This document shows, in pieces, positions 1 through 11,257 of a DNA stretch of 64,000 nt (within the stretch, counting starts at the first letter, position 1; each line of letters opens with the position of its first letter). The stretch is from Microcoleus sp. GTDB taxonomy: Bacteria > Cyanobacteriota > Cyanobacteriia > Cyanobacteriales > Microcoleaceae. The stretch lies in assembly GCA_052279835.1 (NCBI GenBank), contig CP181291.1, positions 3,232,001-3,296,000 on the forward strand, in the 5' to 3' direction. Made by a program: the position numbers and the translations under genes. The notes beneath the pieces were generated by a model. That model was given only the letters and a program-made list of their open reading frames with translations. It was not told where the DNA came from and ran no database searches.

Positions 1-18
1 ACCCAATTGAAAATCGAT

Positions 19-3000
19 ATGACATCTACAACCGCCCTGACACAAACTGAATTAAAATCTGCCATCATCCGCAATCCACTGACAGTTTCACCCGATACGA
101 CGGTGATGGAGGCGATCGCCAAAATGAGCGGTGTTCGTACCCTTTGTTCGGCTTCCCAAAGCGCGGATATCCAAGGAGATGAATTGTCTATAGAAGCGCG
201 ATCGAGTTGCGTTTTGGTTGTGGAAGGTGGGCAGTTGCTGGGAATTGTCACAGAACGAGATATTGTTCGACTCAGTGCCAATAATTGCTGTTTAGAAGGT
301 ATTAATATTACCACAGTGATGGCATCTGAGGTGGTGACTATGCGCGAATCTGTGTTCACAGATTTGTTTGTGGCGGTAAATCTGGTTCAGCAACATCATA
401 TTCGCCATTTGCCGATTCTAGACGACGAAAATCAATTGGTGGGACTTGTGACTCACGAGAGTTTGCGGAAAGCGTCGCGCCCCATTGACTTGTTGCGAAT
501 ACGGCTGGTTTCTGAAGTGATGGTGACGGAAATAATTTGTGCTAGCGCGGATGTTTGTATGCTCAATATCGCTCAATTGATGGCCCAAAATCGAGTTAGT
601 TCCGTCATGATTGTGGAAGCACAACAGACAGGAGGCGATCGCCCACAACAGCAAATCCCGATTGGCATTGTCACTGAGCGCGATCTCGTCCAATTTCAAG
701 CCTTAAATTTAAACCTGGAAACTTGTCAAGCTCAATCGGTGATGAGTAAGCCGATTTTTACGGTGAAGCCTAATGATTCTCTGTGGGATGTGCAGCAGAT
801 TATGGAACAGCGGTTAGTCCGTAGATTGGCTGTGACAGGGGTGTTTGGTGAACTTTTGGGTATTGTCACTCAGACAAGTATTTTGCAAGTTTTGAATCCC
901 TTGGAACTTTATAAATTAGCTGAGGTTTTAGATAATAAGGTATCGAAATTGGAGGCGGACAAAATAGCATTGTTGGAGAATCGCACCGTCGAATTAGAGC
1001 GCCAAGTAGAGGAGCGAACTGCCGCACTCGCCACAACGGTGAGGCGGGAAAAATTGATTGTCACCATCGCTTCGCAGATTCGAGCTTCTTTAGATTTGCC
1101 GGAGATTTTGGATACAGCGGTGAAGGCGGTACGAGAGTTTTTGCAGTGCGATCGACTGTTAATCTATCGGTTTGAACCGGATTGGACTGGTGTGGTGGTG
1201 GCCGAGTCGGTGGAGCCTATTTGGGGTACTTCTCTTAACGATCGCATAAATGATTCTTGTTTTCAAGAAAGGGCTGAAATTATTTATCAAAGTGGAAAAA
1301 CCATTGCTGTAGATAATATTTATACTGCTGGCTATACACCATGTCATGTGCAATTGTTAGAGCAATATCAGGTAAAATCTAATCTAGTAGTACCAATTTT
1401 GGTGTCGGAAAAGTTGTGGGGATTGTTAATCGGGCATCACTGCGAAAGCTATCGTGCTTGGTATCCTAACGATCTGAGTTTGTTGGAGGAGATAGCTGTG
1501 CAATTGGCGATCGCCATTCAGCAAGCAGAACTACACAGTCAGCTTCAAGAAGAACTAGCAGAAAGACGACAGACGGAATTGCTGTTACGCAAGAGTCAAG
1601 AAAATTACCGTTTGATTACTGAAACTATTGAGGATGTATTTTGGTTAGCAGATCCGCAACTTGGGAGAGCAATTTATATTAGTTCGGGTTATGAAAAAAT
1701 CTGGGGGCGTGCTGCTGAACCGCTTTATCAAAACTTTCTGGGATGGGTAGAAGCACTCCACCCTGACGATCGCGAGTATGTCAGCAGGGAGTTTATGCAA
1801 TTATTATCCACAGACCATTATGAGGTGGAGTACCGGATTGTGCGGCCTGATGGTTCTCTGCGCTGGATTCGCGATCGGGGCTTTACGATTAAGGATGATT
1901 CGGGAACGGTGGTGCAGATTTCTGGGGTAGCAGAGGATATTAGCGATCGCAAAGCTAATGAGACGTTTCTGCGACAGTATGAGGGGATTGTTTCTACGAC
2001 ACCCGATCGCATTGCTTTAGTCGATCGTAATTATATTTATCGGCTGGTTAACCGCACTTATTTAGAGCGTAGTGGCAAGTCTTGGGAGGAAATAGTCGGA
2101 CATTCGGTGGCTGATTTGCACGGAGAAACCATGTTCCAAACGATTATGAAGCCCTATCTCGATCGATGTCTTGGGGGAGAAATTCAACAATATGAAGCAT
2201 GGGTTTATGAGTTTAATCACCCGGAACCCCGGTTTATCAGTGTCAGCTACGGGCCCTATAGATCCGCAGACGGCACGATTTCTGGCGTCACAGTCAACGC
2301 CCGCGATTTGACCGAACTCAAACTGGCTGAAGAATCTTTGCGGGAGAAAGAGCAGCTTTTACGCAGCATTTATGAAGGCATAGAACAGGCAGTTTTTACT
2401 GTTGATGTTTTGCCGGATGGAGAATTTTCTTTTCTCGAATTCAACCCTGCCTGCGAGCGTTTAACTCAGACATTGACTGCTGATGTGCGAGGCAAAAAGC
2501 CCTTACCAGAAATCCGAGAACGCTATGCCAATTGCGTTCAGGCGGGATTTCCTATTTGCTATGAAGAATGTCTGAATTTTAAGGGGAAAATTACTTGGTG
2601 GATTACGACGTTGACTCCAATTCGAGATAATGGCGATCGCATTTATCGGATTGTGGGTACGAGTATGAATATTACCGATCGCAAGCAGGCAGAAGCAGAC
2701 CTAGTGCAACTGAACCAATCTCTAGAAGCGAGGGTAGCACAGCGGACTGCGGAACTCCAAGAACGGGAAGCTCAATTGTATGATTTATTTGACAATGCTA
2801 CGGATTTGATTCAAAGCGTTTCCCCCCTAGGGCAAATTTTGTTTGTGAATTCTGCCTGGAAAGAAACTCTGGGCTATACCGATGCCGATTTACAGGAGTT
2901 GTTTTTGTTTGAAATCATCCATCCAGACAGTTTGGTTAAGTGCCAAGTCATGATGGAACAGCTATTTGATGGCGTACCTTGCACCAGTATTGAAATTAAG

Positions 3001-3969
3001 TTTTTGACGAAAGATCGTAGGACAATTGTAGTAGAAGGAAATGTCAATTGTCGGTTGGAAAATGGCAAACCCATCGCGATGCGGGGAATTTTTCGGAATA
3101 TTACGGAACGCAAACAAGCCGAATCTAGACTGAAGGATACTCTCAAGGAATTATCCGACTTTAAATATGCCTTGGATGAGTCAGCAATTGTGGCGATTAC
3201 TGATGCTGAGGGCAAAATTACCTATGTTAACGATCGATTCTGCGAGATTTTTCAATATAGTCGAGGGGAGTTGATCGGGAATACCTATCGGCTGTTGAAT
3301 GCTGGCCATCATTCTCCTGAATTTTTTGAGGAAATGTGGCGAACTCTACGGAATGGGGAAATCTGGCGGGGCGAGATTCTCAACCGGGCAAAGGATGGTA
3401 GTTTCTACTGGATTGATACTACGATTGTGCCTTACCTGGATGCGGACGGTAAACCTTTTCAATACTTGGCTATCCGCACTGATATTAGCGATCGCAAGCG
3501 TGCCCAAGAGCAGTTGTCCAGTTTGTCAGACAGGTTGGAATTGGCGCTGAAGTCGGCTCAAATTGGGATTTGGGATTGGGATATTGTCAACGATCGCCTG
3601 ATCTGGGACGCTCGAATGTACGAACTCTACGGCATCACAGCCTCAGATTTTGGGGGTGCTTATCAAGCCTGGGAAGCGGTCATACATCCCGATGATATCC
3701 TGGGGATGCGGACTGTGAGCGAGGAGTCACGGGCTGGAATCAGAGATTTTGATACGGAATTTCGGGTGGTGTGGCCCGATGGTACGGTGAAATTTATCAA
3801 AGCCTATGCGCTGATTCAGCGCAACTCCGAAGCAGAACCCCAACGGATGATTGGGATTAATTATGATATTAGCGATCGCAAGCAAGCAGAAGCCCGACTT
3901 ACTGAAACTAATCAAAAACTGGCTATTTCTAACCAAGAAACTGGCTCGCGCTACTCGTCTCAAGGATGA
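19..3969 (+). CDS. Hybrid sensor histidine kinase, N-terminal part: two CBS pairs, DXCF-type cyanobacteriochrome GAF, multiple PAS domains; frameshifted at 3938-3940
   Basis: CBS motifs ([28 protein letters not shown]); GAF with NDSCF and PCHVQLL; repeated PAS C-termini (DISDRK, NITDRK). ATG at 19 preferred over TTG at 7. The frame breaks just before [11 protein letters not shown]. Confidence 0.9.
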   Translation: MTSTTALTQTELKSAIIRNPLTVSPDTTVMEAIAKMSGVRTLCSASQSADIQGDELSIEARSSCVLVVEGGQLLGIVTERDIVRLSANNCCLEGINITTVMASEVVTMRESVFTDLFVAVNLVQQHHIRHLPILDDENQLVGLVTHESLRKASRPIDLLRIRLVSEVMVTEIICASADVCMLNIAQLMAQNRVSSVMIVEAQQTGGDRPQQQIPIGIVTERDLVQFQALNLNLETCQAQSVMSKPIFTVKPNDSLWDVQQIMEQRLVRRLAVTGVFGELLGIVTQTSILQVLNPLELYKLAEVLDNKVSKLEADKIALLENRTVELERQVEERTAALATTVRREKLIVTIASQIRASLDLPEILDTAVKAVREFLQCDRLLIYRFEPDWTGVVVAESVEPIWGTSLNDRINDSCFQERAEIIYQSGKTIAVDNIYTAGYTPCHVQLLEQYQVKSNLVVPILVSEKLWGLLIGHHCESYRAWYPNDLSLLEEIAVQLAIAIQQAELHSQLQEELAERRQTELLLRKSQENYRLITETIEDVFWLADPQLGRAIYISSGYEKIWGRAAEPLYQNFLGWVEALHPDDREYVSREFMQLLSTDHYEVEYRIVRPDGSLRWIRDRGFTIKDDSGTVVQISGVAEDISDRKANETFLRQYEGIVSTTPDRIALVDRNYIYRLVNRTYLERSGKSWEEIVGHSVADLHGETMFQTIMKPYLDRCLGGEIQQYEAWVYEFNHPEPRFISVSYGPYRSADGTISGVTVNARDLTELKLAEESLREKEQLLRSIYEGIEQAVFTVDVLPDGEFSFLEFNPACERLTQTLTADVRGKKPLPEIRERYANCVQAGFPICYEECLNFKGKITWWITTLTPIRDNGDRIYRIVGTSMNITDRKQAEADLVQLNQSLEARVAQRTAELQEREAQLYDLFDNATDLIQSVSPLGQILFVNSAWKETLGYTDADLQELFLFEIIHPDSLVKCQVMMEQLFDGVPCTSIEIKFLTKDRRTIVVEGNVNCRLENGKPIAMRGIFRNITERKQAESRLKDTLKELSDFKYALDESAIVAITDAEGKITYVNDRFCEIFQYSRGELIGNTYRLLNAGHHSPEFFEEMWRTLRNGEIWRGEILNRAKDGSFYWIDTTIVPYLDADGKPFQYLAIRTDISDRKRAQEQLSSLSDRLELALKSAQIGIWDWDIVNDRLIWDARMYELYGITASDFGGAYQAWEAVIHPDDILGMRTVSEESRAGIRDFDTEFRVVWPDGTVKFIKAYALIQRNSEAEPQRMIGINYDISDRKQAEARLTETNQKLAISNQETGSRYSSQG

Positions 3970-5137
3970 ATTTTTGGCGAATATGAGCCACGAATTACGC
4001 ACGCCCCTGAATGCGATTTTGGGAATGACGGAGGCTTTGCAGGAGAACATATTTGGCTCGATTAACGAGGGACAAATACGGGCTCTGCAAACTATTGAAC
4101 ATAGTGGCACTCATCTGTTATCATTAATCAATGATATCCTCGACCTTGCCAAAATAGAATCGGGACAAATCGAACTAAATTGTAGTCTAACAGCCATTGA
4201 TAGTTTGTGTCAGTCCAGTTTAACTTTGGTGAAGCAGCAAGCTTTACAAAAACGGATTCAACTTCAGGTAAAAATTCCCGATCGCCTCCCGGAATTATTA
4301 GTGGATGAACGTCGCATCCGACAAGTTTTGATTAATTTGCTCAATAATGCGATTAAATTTACTCCCGAAGGTGGCAGCGTGACTTTAGAGGTGACAATCG
4401 CACAAACCGCAATCGTCCCCCCACTCCCAAATTCTCTCACTACAGCCAGTTCAATTCGGTTTGCAGTGAGTGATACTGGGATCGGTATCACAGCGGAAAA
4501 CATTCAGAAGTTGTTTCAGCCTTTTGTGCAAATTGATAGTGCTCTGAATCGTCAGTACATGGGTACTGGTTTGGGTTTGTCTCTGGTGAAGCGGATGGTG
4601 GAAAAGCATGGGGGAACAGTTTCGGTGACGAGTGAGGTGGGCGTGGGTAGTTGTTTTAGTTTCGACTTACCGGCTGGCAATTTGCCGATGCTGATTTCTC
4701 AATCTCCGATTGTCGCACCATCAGCACCGATGGACGGCCAAAAAGAGTCTGCAACATCCCGACTAATCCTATTGGCAGAAGATAATGAAGCAAATATCAG
4801 TACCATTTCTGGCTATCTGATGGCTAAAGGGTATCGGATTGTGGTGGCGAAAAATGGTGCAGAGGCGATCGCCGTCACTAAATCATCTCTTCCCGACATC
4901 ATTTTGATGGATATCCAAATGCCCGGAATGGATGGTTTTGAGGCGATTAAGCAGATTCGTAGCGATCGCCAATGTGCCCATATTCTGATTATCGGCTTGA
5001 CTGCATTGGCGATGACTGGTGATGGAGAACGATGTCTGGAAGCTGGGGCGAATAACTATCTCACTAAGCCAGTGAAATTAAAGCAACTAGCAAATGCCAT
5101 TCATGAATTATTAGCAACTAAAGAGCTTAATCAATGA
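3941..5137 (+). CDS. C-terminal part of the same kinase: HisKA-HATPase-REC
   Basis: [13 protein letters not shown]-box, [22 protein letters not shown]; receiver LLAEDN...LMDIQMP...KP. Joins the upstream ORF if one A of GAAA (3937-3940) is removed. Confidence 0.9.
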   Translation: MARATRLKDEFLANMSHELRTPLNAILGMTEALQENIFGSINEGQIRALQTIEHSGTHLLSLINDILDLAKIESGQIELNCSLTAIDSLCQSSLTLVKQQALQKRIQLQVKIPDRLPELLVDERRIRQVLINLLNNAIKFTPEGGSVTLEVTIAQTAIVPPLPNSLTTASSIRFAVSDTGIGITAENIQKLFQPFVQIDSALNRQYMGTGLGLSLVKRMVEKHGGTVSVTSEVGVGSCFSFDLPAGNLPMLISQSPIVAPSAPMDGQKESATSRLILLAEDNEANISTISGYLMAKGYRIVVAKNGAEAIAVTKSSLPDIILMDIQMPGMDGFEAIKQIRSDRQCAHILIIGLTALAMTGDGERCLEAGANNYLTKPVKLKQLANAIHELLATKELNQ

Positions 5138-7965
5138 AAAAAAATTATAACTCAGGAATTTCACTCGAAGAAACAGTTGACTTGACTAATTGCGATCGCG
5201 AACCGATCGAAATTCCTAATGCTATTCAACCCCACGGGATTCTTATAGTATTTTCTCTGCCCGATTTTACCATCGAACAGGTGAGTGCTAATACAGAATT
5301 GCTGCTGGGAATAAGTCCCTATGACCTGTTAGGAAAATCCTGGGAAACCTTGTTAAGTCAAGCAGATTTAGAAAAAATTAAATATGGTATTGACCGAGAT
5401 TTCAAAACAGCAGTTCACATAAAACTGTTCCTCAAAAAACAGCAAAATGAAACCTTATTTAACGGCATAATTCATGGGATAGGAGACAATTTAATCCTCC
5501 TAGAGCTAGAGCCGGGAGATAGTACAGATCGGTCTAGTTTTAACGGATTGTTTCAAGTAACTAAAGGCATTCTCAGTCAGATGCAAAAGGCTGCCAACCT
5601 CACAGAAATGTGTCATACCATCACCAAAGAAGTGAGAAAACTGATTGAGTTTGACCGGGTGATGGTTTATAAGTTTGATGCTAATGATGCCGGCGAAGTG
5701 ATTGCCGAAGAAAAACTCGATGAGATGGAATCCTATCTGGGGTTACATTACCCTCAATCTGATATCCCTCGGCAGGCTAAACGTCTCTATACGATTAATC
5801 TATTGCGAATAATCCCCGACATCAATTATCAGCCTGTGGGTATTTTGAAGCTGGATGCAGGGGCGATCGCCCAGTCAGGAAAAACTACAGACTATCAGCC
5901 CCTTGACTTAAGCCTTAGTGTATTACGGAGTGTTTCTCCCATCCATATTGAATATCTCCAAAATATGGGTGTGGGAGCTTCCATGTCGATTTCACTAATT
6001 GAGGATGGAAAACTCTGGGGTTTAATTGCCTGTCACCATCAAACTGCCCGATTTATTCCCTATGAAATTAGAACTATCTGCGAGTTTATTGCTCAGGTAA
6101 TGTCTCTGGAATTGGCATCTAAAGAAGCTCAGGAAGATATGGATTACAAAATGTCAGTAAAGTCGGTACAGTCGCAATTGATTAAAAGTCTTGCCCAGGC
6201 TGGGGAGATTACGGAAGAATTGGTAAGAAACCAAGACAATTTATTGGCACTGGTGGGTGCTAGGGGCGCGGCAATTTGTGCCGAAAGTCAACTTGTGACT
6301 GTGGGTGATACGCCCCCAGTAGCCGAGTTGCAGGATTTGATCGATTGGTTGGGCGATCGCTTCGATGGGGATATTTTTGTTACCGATTCTTTAGCTTCGT
6401 TATATCCCCAGGCGACGGAGTTCAAGGATGTGGGTAGTGGTTTAATCGCTCTTTGTATTACTAAAGTTCAGAAGAATTACGTATTGTGGTTTCGACCTGA
6501 GATATTACAATTGGTTAATTGGGCTGGGAATCCCTATAAACCGAATCAGGTGGAAGCAGATGGGAGTCTGACGCTGTTTCCTCGGAAATCCTTTGAGCTG
6601 TGGCAACAAACTGTTCGCCTTAAGTCGCTTCCTTGGAAACCATGGGAGATTGAGGCGGCGATGGAAGTCCGAAGTGCGATCGTGGAAATTATTTTGCGAA
6701 AATCTGATGAACTGGCTGCTATTCATCAATCTGAGCTTTATGCCCAGTTGCAGGAAACTAATCAGGAATTAGCCCGCGCTACCAGGCTCAAAGATGAATT
6801 TTTGGCCAATATGAGCCACGAACTCCGTACTCCCCTGAATGCAATTTTGGGGATGACAGAGGCCTTGCAAGAACAGGTTTTTGGGAAGATTAACGAGCAA
6901 CAATTGCGGGCTTTGCAAACAGTTGAAAACAGTGGCACTCATCTACTGGAATTAATTAACGATATCCTGGATTTGGCAAAAATTGAAGCGGGACAAATTG
7001 AACTAAACTGCACCCCAGTCGCTGTCAGTCAGTTGTGCCAATCTAGTTTGCCGTTTGTGAAACAACAAGCTGTGCAAAAACGCATTCATATTCAGTTGCA
7101 GATTGCACCTCATCTACCAATTTTGATGGTGGATGAACGGCGGATTCGACAAGTTTTGATCAATTTGCTCAATAATGCGATTAAGTTTACTCCTGAAAAA
7201 GGTAGCGTTAGCTTGGATGTGAGATTAGAATCACCCACACCCCCGGCAACATTGGCGGCCGCTCGAAACATACCGAGTTTAATTCGGTTTGCGGTGATTG
7301 ATAGTGGTATCGGTATTAAACCCGAAAATCTCAAAAAACTGTTTCATCCTTTTGTCCAAATTGACAGTGCTTTAAACCGTCAATACACGGGGACTGGTTT
7401 GGGTCTGTCTCTGGTGAAACAGATAGTGGAAATGCACGGAGGAAATGTGGCTGTCCAGAGTGAATTAGGTGTTGGTAGTTGTTTTAGTTTCAATTTGCCC
7501 TGTGGGGATTTGCCCCTTCCTGTATCTGAGCATCTGAGTGCTTCACCCCCGGAACCTATGCCCAGCGAGACTGTTACACAACTGTCTCCGCTAATCCTGT
7601 TGGCAGAAGATAATGAAGCTAATATAAGTACGCTTTCTAGTTACTTGGAGGCGAAAGGATATCGGATTGTTTTGGCGAACAATGGTTTAGAGGCGATCGC
7701 AGCCACTAAAGCCCAAGTTCCTGATTTAATTTTAATGGATGTCCAAATGCCGGAAATGGACGGTCTTGAGGCGATGAGGCAGATCCGCAGCGATCGCCAA
7801 TTTGCGGATATTCCGATTATCGCCTTGACAGCATTGGCCATGACGGGCGATCGCGAACGATGTCTAGAAGCTGGGGCTAGTGATTATCTCACTAAGCCGG
7901 TTAAACTCAAGCAATTGGCCAGCACAATTCAACTATTGTTAGAAGCACAGGATAGTCAGAAATGA
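5134..7965 (+). CDS. Bacteriophytochrome-type (PAS-GAF-PHY) hybrid histidine kinase with C-terminal receiver
   Basis: N-terminal DLTNCDREPI (Cys20), IQPHG, SDIP motif, LRSVSPIH (Ile where Cph1 has the GAF Cys), PHY tongue PRKSF, then H-box and REC. ATGA overlap with the upstream gene. Confidence 0.93.
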   Translation: MKKNYNSGISLEETVDLTNCDREPIEIPNAIQPHGILIVFSLPDFTIEQVSANTELLLGISPYDLLGKSWETLLSQADLEKIKYGIDRDFKTAVHIKLFLKKQQNETLFNGIIHGIGDNLILLELEPGDSTDRSSFNGLFQVTKGILSQMQKAANLTEMCHTITKEVRKLIEFDRVMVYKFDANDAGEVIAEEKLDEMESYLGLHYPQSDIPRQAKRLYTINLLRIIPDINYQPVGILKLDAGAIAQSGKTTDYQPLDLSLSVLRSVSPIHIEYLQNMGVGASMSISLIEDGKLWGLIACHHQTARFIPYEIRTICEFIAQVMSLELASKEAQEDMDYKMSVKSVQSQLIKSLAQAGEITEELVRNQDNLLALVGARGAAICAESQLVTVGDTPPVAELQDLIDWLGDRFDGDIFVTDSLASLYPQATEFKDVGSGLIALCITKVQKNYVLWFRPEILQLVNWAGNPYKPNQVEADGSLTLFPRKSFELWQQTVRLKSLPWKPWEIEAAMEVRSAIVEIILRKSDELAAIHQSELYAQLQETNQELARATRLKDEFLANMSHELRTPLNAILGMTEALQEQVFGKINEQQLRALQTVENSGTHLLELINDILDLAKIEAGQIELNCTPVAVSQLCQSSLPFVKQQAVQKRIHIQLQIAPHLPILMVDERRIRQVLINLLNNAIKFTPEKGSVSLDVRLESPTPPATLAAARNIPSLIRFAVIDSGIGIKPENLKKLFHPFVQIDSALNRQYTGTGLGLSLVKQIVEMHGGNVAVQSELGVGSCFSFNLPCGDLPLPVSEHLSASPPEPMPSETVTQLSPLILLAEDNEANISTLSSYLEAKGYRIVLANNGLEAIAATKAQVPDLILMDVQMPEMDGLEAMRQIRSDRQFADIPIIALTALAMTGDRERCLEAGASDYLTKPVKLKQLASTIQLLLEAQDSQK

Positions 7966-9809
7966 ATCACCCATCTGTTTTAGTAGTTGACGATGAACCC
8001 GATAATTTTGATGTGATTCAAGCGCTGTTGAGCGATCGGGAATATGATTTGTACTATGCTTCTAGCGGTCAATTTGCGATCGACTCCCTAGACGTATTCC
8101 GACCCGATGTGATCTTGATGGATGTGATGATGCCAGATTTGGATGGTATTGAAGTCTGTCAGCGGATTAAAGCTTTGCCACAATGGGAGTCGGTTCCGAT
8201 CATCATAGTCACAGCCTTAAGTGCCAAAGAAGACTTGGCGCGATGTCTCAAGGCTGGTGCTGATGATTTTATTAGCAAGCCCGTCAGTGGTCTGGAACTG
8301 CGCGCCAGAGTCAACTCCATGCTGCGAATTAAACAACACTACGATGACTTGCAAGCTTCTTTGAGACGCCAAGCAATCTTAGAAGCTGAAAAACTCTATT
8401 TCCTCAAGAATCGCAATACGGAATTGGAACAACAGGTTGCAGAACGAACCACGGAACTTAAGGCAAAGGCAGAACTGATTATACACAATGCCTTGCACGA
8501 TCCCTTGACAGATTTGCCAAATCGGACTCTTTTGGTGGAGCGGATCGAATTAGCTATTAATCGAGCTATGCGATTGAAAGACTATTTTTATGCTGTCTTG
8601 TTTCTCGACCTCGATCGCTTTAAAGTAATCAATGACAGCTTAGGACACTTAGCTGGAGACCTCTTGCTCACGAATATTGCTCAAAACCTCAAAAATTATC
8701 TGCGGGAGGCTGATTTAATCGCTCGACTTGGTGGTGATGAATTTGTAATTTTGCTGGAAGATGTGGCGGGTATTGAAGAAGTTATTCAAATCACTGAGCG
8801 GATTCAAAAAGAATTTCAAAACCCCCTCACGATTAATGGCTACGAAATGTTTATCAGTGCTAGTATCGGCATTGTTTTCGGGCAGAAAAATTACTATCAA
8901 GCCTCGGATTTGATTCGAGATGCGGATATTGCCATGTATCGGGCTAAGGCTCAAGGCAGAAATTCTTACAAAATTTTTGATGCCACCATGCACACTCAAG
9001 CTGTCAACAGGCTAACTCTGGAAAACGATCTCCGTAGGGCGATAGAACGAGAAGAGTTTGTTGTGTACTATCAGCCAATTGTTGACATCAGAGGCGATCG
9101 GCTGGTGGGATTTGAGGCTTTGGTACGTTGGCAACATCCCACTCGTGGTTTCATTTCTCCCCTAGACTTTGTTCCTATTGCCGAAGAAACTGGGTTGATT
9201 GTACCCCTAGATAGTTGGGTATTGCAAACTGCTTGCAAACAATTAGCTCGCTGGCAAAATCAGTTTCCTAGTCGATTTCCCTTGAAGGTCAGTATTAATC
9301 TTTCGGCTCAAGACCTGCGTAAACCTCTGTTGATTCAGGAAATCGACCGCACCATTGCTGCAACAGGTTTAGATGGCAGTTATATTACTCTGGAAATTAC
9401 CGAGAGTATGCTGATTGAAAATATCACAAAAACCATAGATTTATTGACCCAATTAAAAGCCCGCAAAATTCAGATTAGCATAGATGACTTTGGCACGGGA
9501 TATTCATCGCTCAATTATCTCCATCGCTTGCCTGCGGATAATTTAAAAATCGACCGCTCTTTTGTGAATCAGATGCAGGAAGGCAACCGTAATTATCAGG
9601 TGGTGAGTACGATTATTGCTTTGAGCAATCAACTGGGATTAGCCGTTGTGGCTGAAGGCATAGAAACAGGACAACAACTTAAATGGTTGCAGGAACTTGG
9701 CTGTGAATTGGGTCAAGGATATTTATTTTCCAAGCCCTTATCAGCTCAAGAAATTGAGATAAAATTTTTGAATAATCAAGATGAAAATATTTTTAAATTA
9801 GCTGGTTAA
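7962..9809 (+). CDS. Response regulator REC-GGDEF-EAL (c-di-GMP cyclase/phosphodiesterase)
   Basis: REC VVDDE/LMDVMMP; HDPLTDLPNR; RxxD I-site (READ) before RLGGDEF; GFEALVRW; DDFGTGYSSL. ATGA overlap. Confidence 0.95.
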   Translation: MNHPSVLVVDDEPDNFDVIQALLSDREYDLYYASSGQFAIDSLDVFRPDVILMDVMMPDLDGIEVCQRIKALPQWESVPIIIVTALSAKEDLARCLKAGADDFISKPVSGLELRARVNSMLRIKQHYDDLQASLRRQAILEAEKLYFLKNRNTELEQQVAERTTELKAKAELIIHNALHDPLTDLPNRTLLVERIELAINRAMRLKDYFYAVLFLDLDRFKVINDSLGHLAGDLLLTNIAQNLKNYLREADLIARLGGDEFVILLEDVAGIEEVIQITERIQKEFQNPLTINGYEMFISASIGIVFGQKNYYQASDLIRDADIAMYRAKAQGRNSYKIFDATMHTQAVNRLTLENDLRRAIEREEFVVYYQPIVDIRGDRLVGFEALVRWQHPTRGFISPLDFVPIAEETGLIVPLDSWVLQTACKQLARWQNQFPSRFPLKVSINLSAQDLRKPLLIQEIDRTIAATGLDGSYITLEITESMLIENITKTIDLLTQLKARKIQISIDDFGTGYSSLNYLHRLPADNLKIDRSFVNQMQEGNRNYQVVSTIIALSNQLGLAVVAEGIETGQQLKWLQELGCELGQGYLFSKPLSAQEIEIKFLNNQDENIFKLAG

Positions 9810-9931
9810 TCGTAGCTTGAAGATTTAGATAACTCAACGGAAAAATTGATCCTTATTCAGCAAGCCCTAATTAGGTTAACCTAATTAGCAGCGACAATTC
9901 AGTAAGATTCCCCAGAAAAGGAGCAGCACAA

Positions 9932-11074
9932 ATGAATCAGCCCTCTATTTTAGTAGTTGACGACGAGCCCGATAATTTTGATGTGATTGAAGCGCTGTTG
10001 AGCGATCGCGGATATGATTTGCACTATGCTTCCAATGGTCAAGTCGCCCTCAACTCCCTGGATGTATTCCAGCCCGATGTGATCTTGATGGATGTGATGA
10101 TGCCAGACTTGGATGGTATGGAAGTCTGTCAGCGGATTAAAGCCCAGCCCCAATGGGAGGGTGTTCCCATCATCATGGTGACAGCTTTGAGCGCCAAAGA
10201 AGACCTAGCTCGATGTATCAAGGCTGGTGCCGATGATTTTATCAGCAAGCCCGTCAGTGGTCTGGAACTCCGTGCTAGGGTTCATTCCATGTTGCGACTC
10301 AAGCAACAATATGACAAAATCCGCAGTCTTTCCAAAGTCCAAGAAAGTACGATCGAGCTATTACAAAAAAATCTGAATGAATTAAGCGGTAACTTAGCTT
10401 CCAGTTTACCTCACGAATTGAACACACCCTTAAACGGTATTTTCGGAGTGATTGGATTGTTGATCGACGATCGTGAAGACATGAGTGATGAAGAAATTCA
10501 TGAACTTTTACTATTAGCTCAACAGTCGGCTCTGAGACTAGATAGGCTGACGAAAAAGTTTTTGATCTATATCAAGCTAGAACTGATGACTAGCCAAATG
10601 CCTATGGATAAAGTTCCGACTAATAATGAAGTCACTGCTACTAAATCAGTCATAGAAAATTGTGCGATGGAACAAGCCTACAAAGTAGAGCGCCAAAATG
10701 ACTTGATTTGCGAGCTACAAGATATAGATGTCCCTGTGTCTGAGGGAAATTTGAAGTGGATGGTGGACGAATTGTTAGAAAATGCTTTCAAATTTTCTGC
10801 GCCTTTAACACCCGTGAAGGTAAGTAGTCAATTAATGAACGGAGCATTTCATCTATCCATATCCGATCGCGGCCGGGGAATGACAGAGGAACAGATTTCT
10901 AAAATCGGAGCGTTTATGCAATTTGAACGCCGTACCTATGAGCAACAAGGTTTAGGACTAGGATTAAAAATAGTCAAAAAAATCATAGATATATCCGGTG
11001 GAGAATTTTATCTTTCCAGTGTATACCATGAAGAGACAACCGCTCATATTAAATTGCCTAGCATTTCTGAATAG
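9932..11074 (+). CDS. Receiver-histidine kinase (REC-HisKA-HATPase)
   Basis: REC near-identical to that of 7962; PHELNTPLNG; ENAFKFS, DRGRGM, GLGLGL. AGGAG RBS upstream. Confidence 0.9.
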   Translation: MNQPSILVVDDEPDNFDVIEALLSDRGYDLHYASNGQVALNSLDVFQPDVILMDVMMPDLDGMEVCQRIKAQPQWEGVPIIMVTALSAKEDLARCIKAGADDFISKPVSGLELRARVHSMLRLKQQYDKIRSLSKVQESTIELLQKNLNELSGNLASSLPHELNTPLNGIFGVIGLLIDDREDMSDEEIHELLLLAQQSALRLDRLTKKFLIYIKLELMTSQMPMDKVPTNNEVTATKSVIENCAMEQAYKVERQNDLICELQDIDVPVSEGNLKWMVDELLENAFKFSAPLTPVKVSSQLMNGAFHLSISDRGRGMTEEQISKIGAFMQFERRTYEQQGLGLGLKIVKKIIDISGGEFYLSSVYHEETTAHIKLPSISE

Positions 11075-11257
11075 TTTTGTTTGGTGATGATACCGAGCCC
11101 ACCAAAAATTTAAGTTTTCCACACTTTGGCTGGCTCCGTCTTTTCTACACTAATCTTACAAAGTTGAGGAAAATAATGCCACACTCCAGGTATTTTAGAG
11201 TGTCGAAGGGGCTTGTTGCTTCTTGCTTCTGCCATAGCTTCACAGATAATACTTGTT

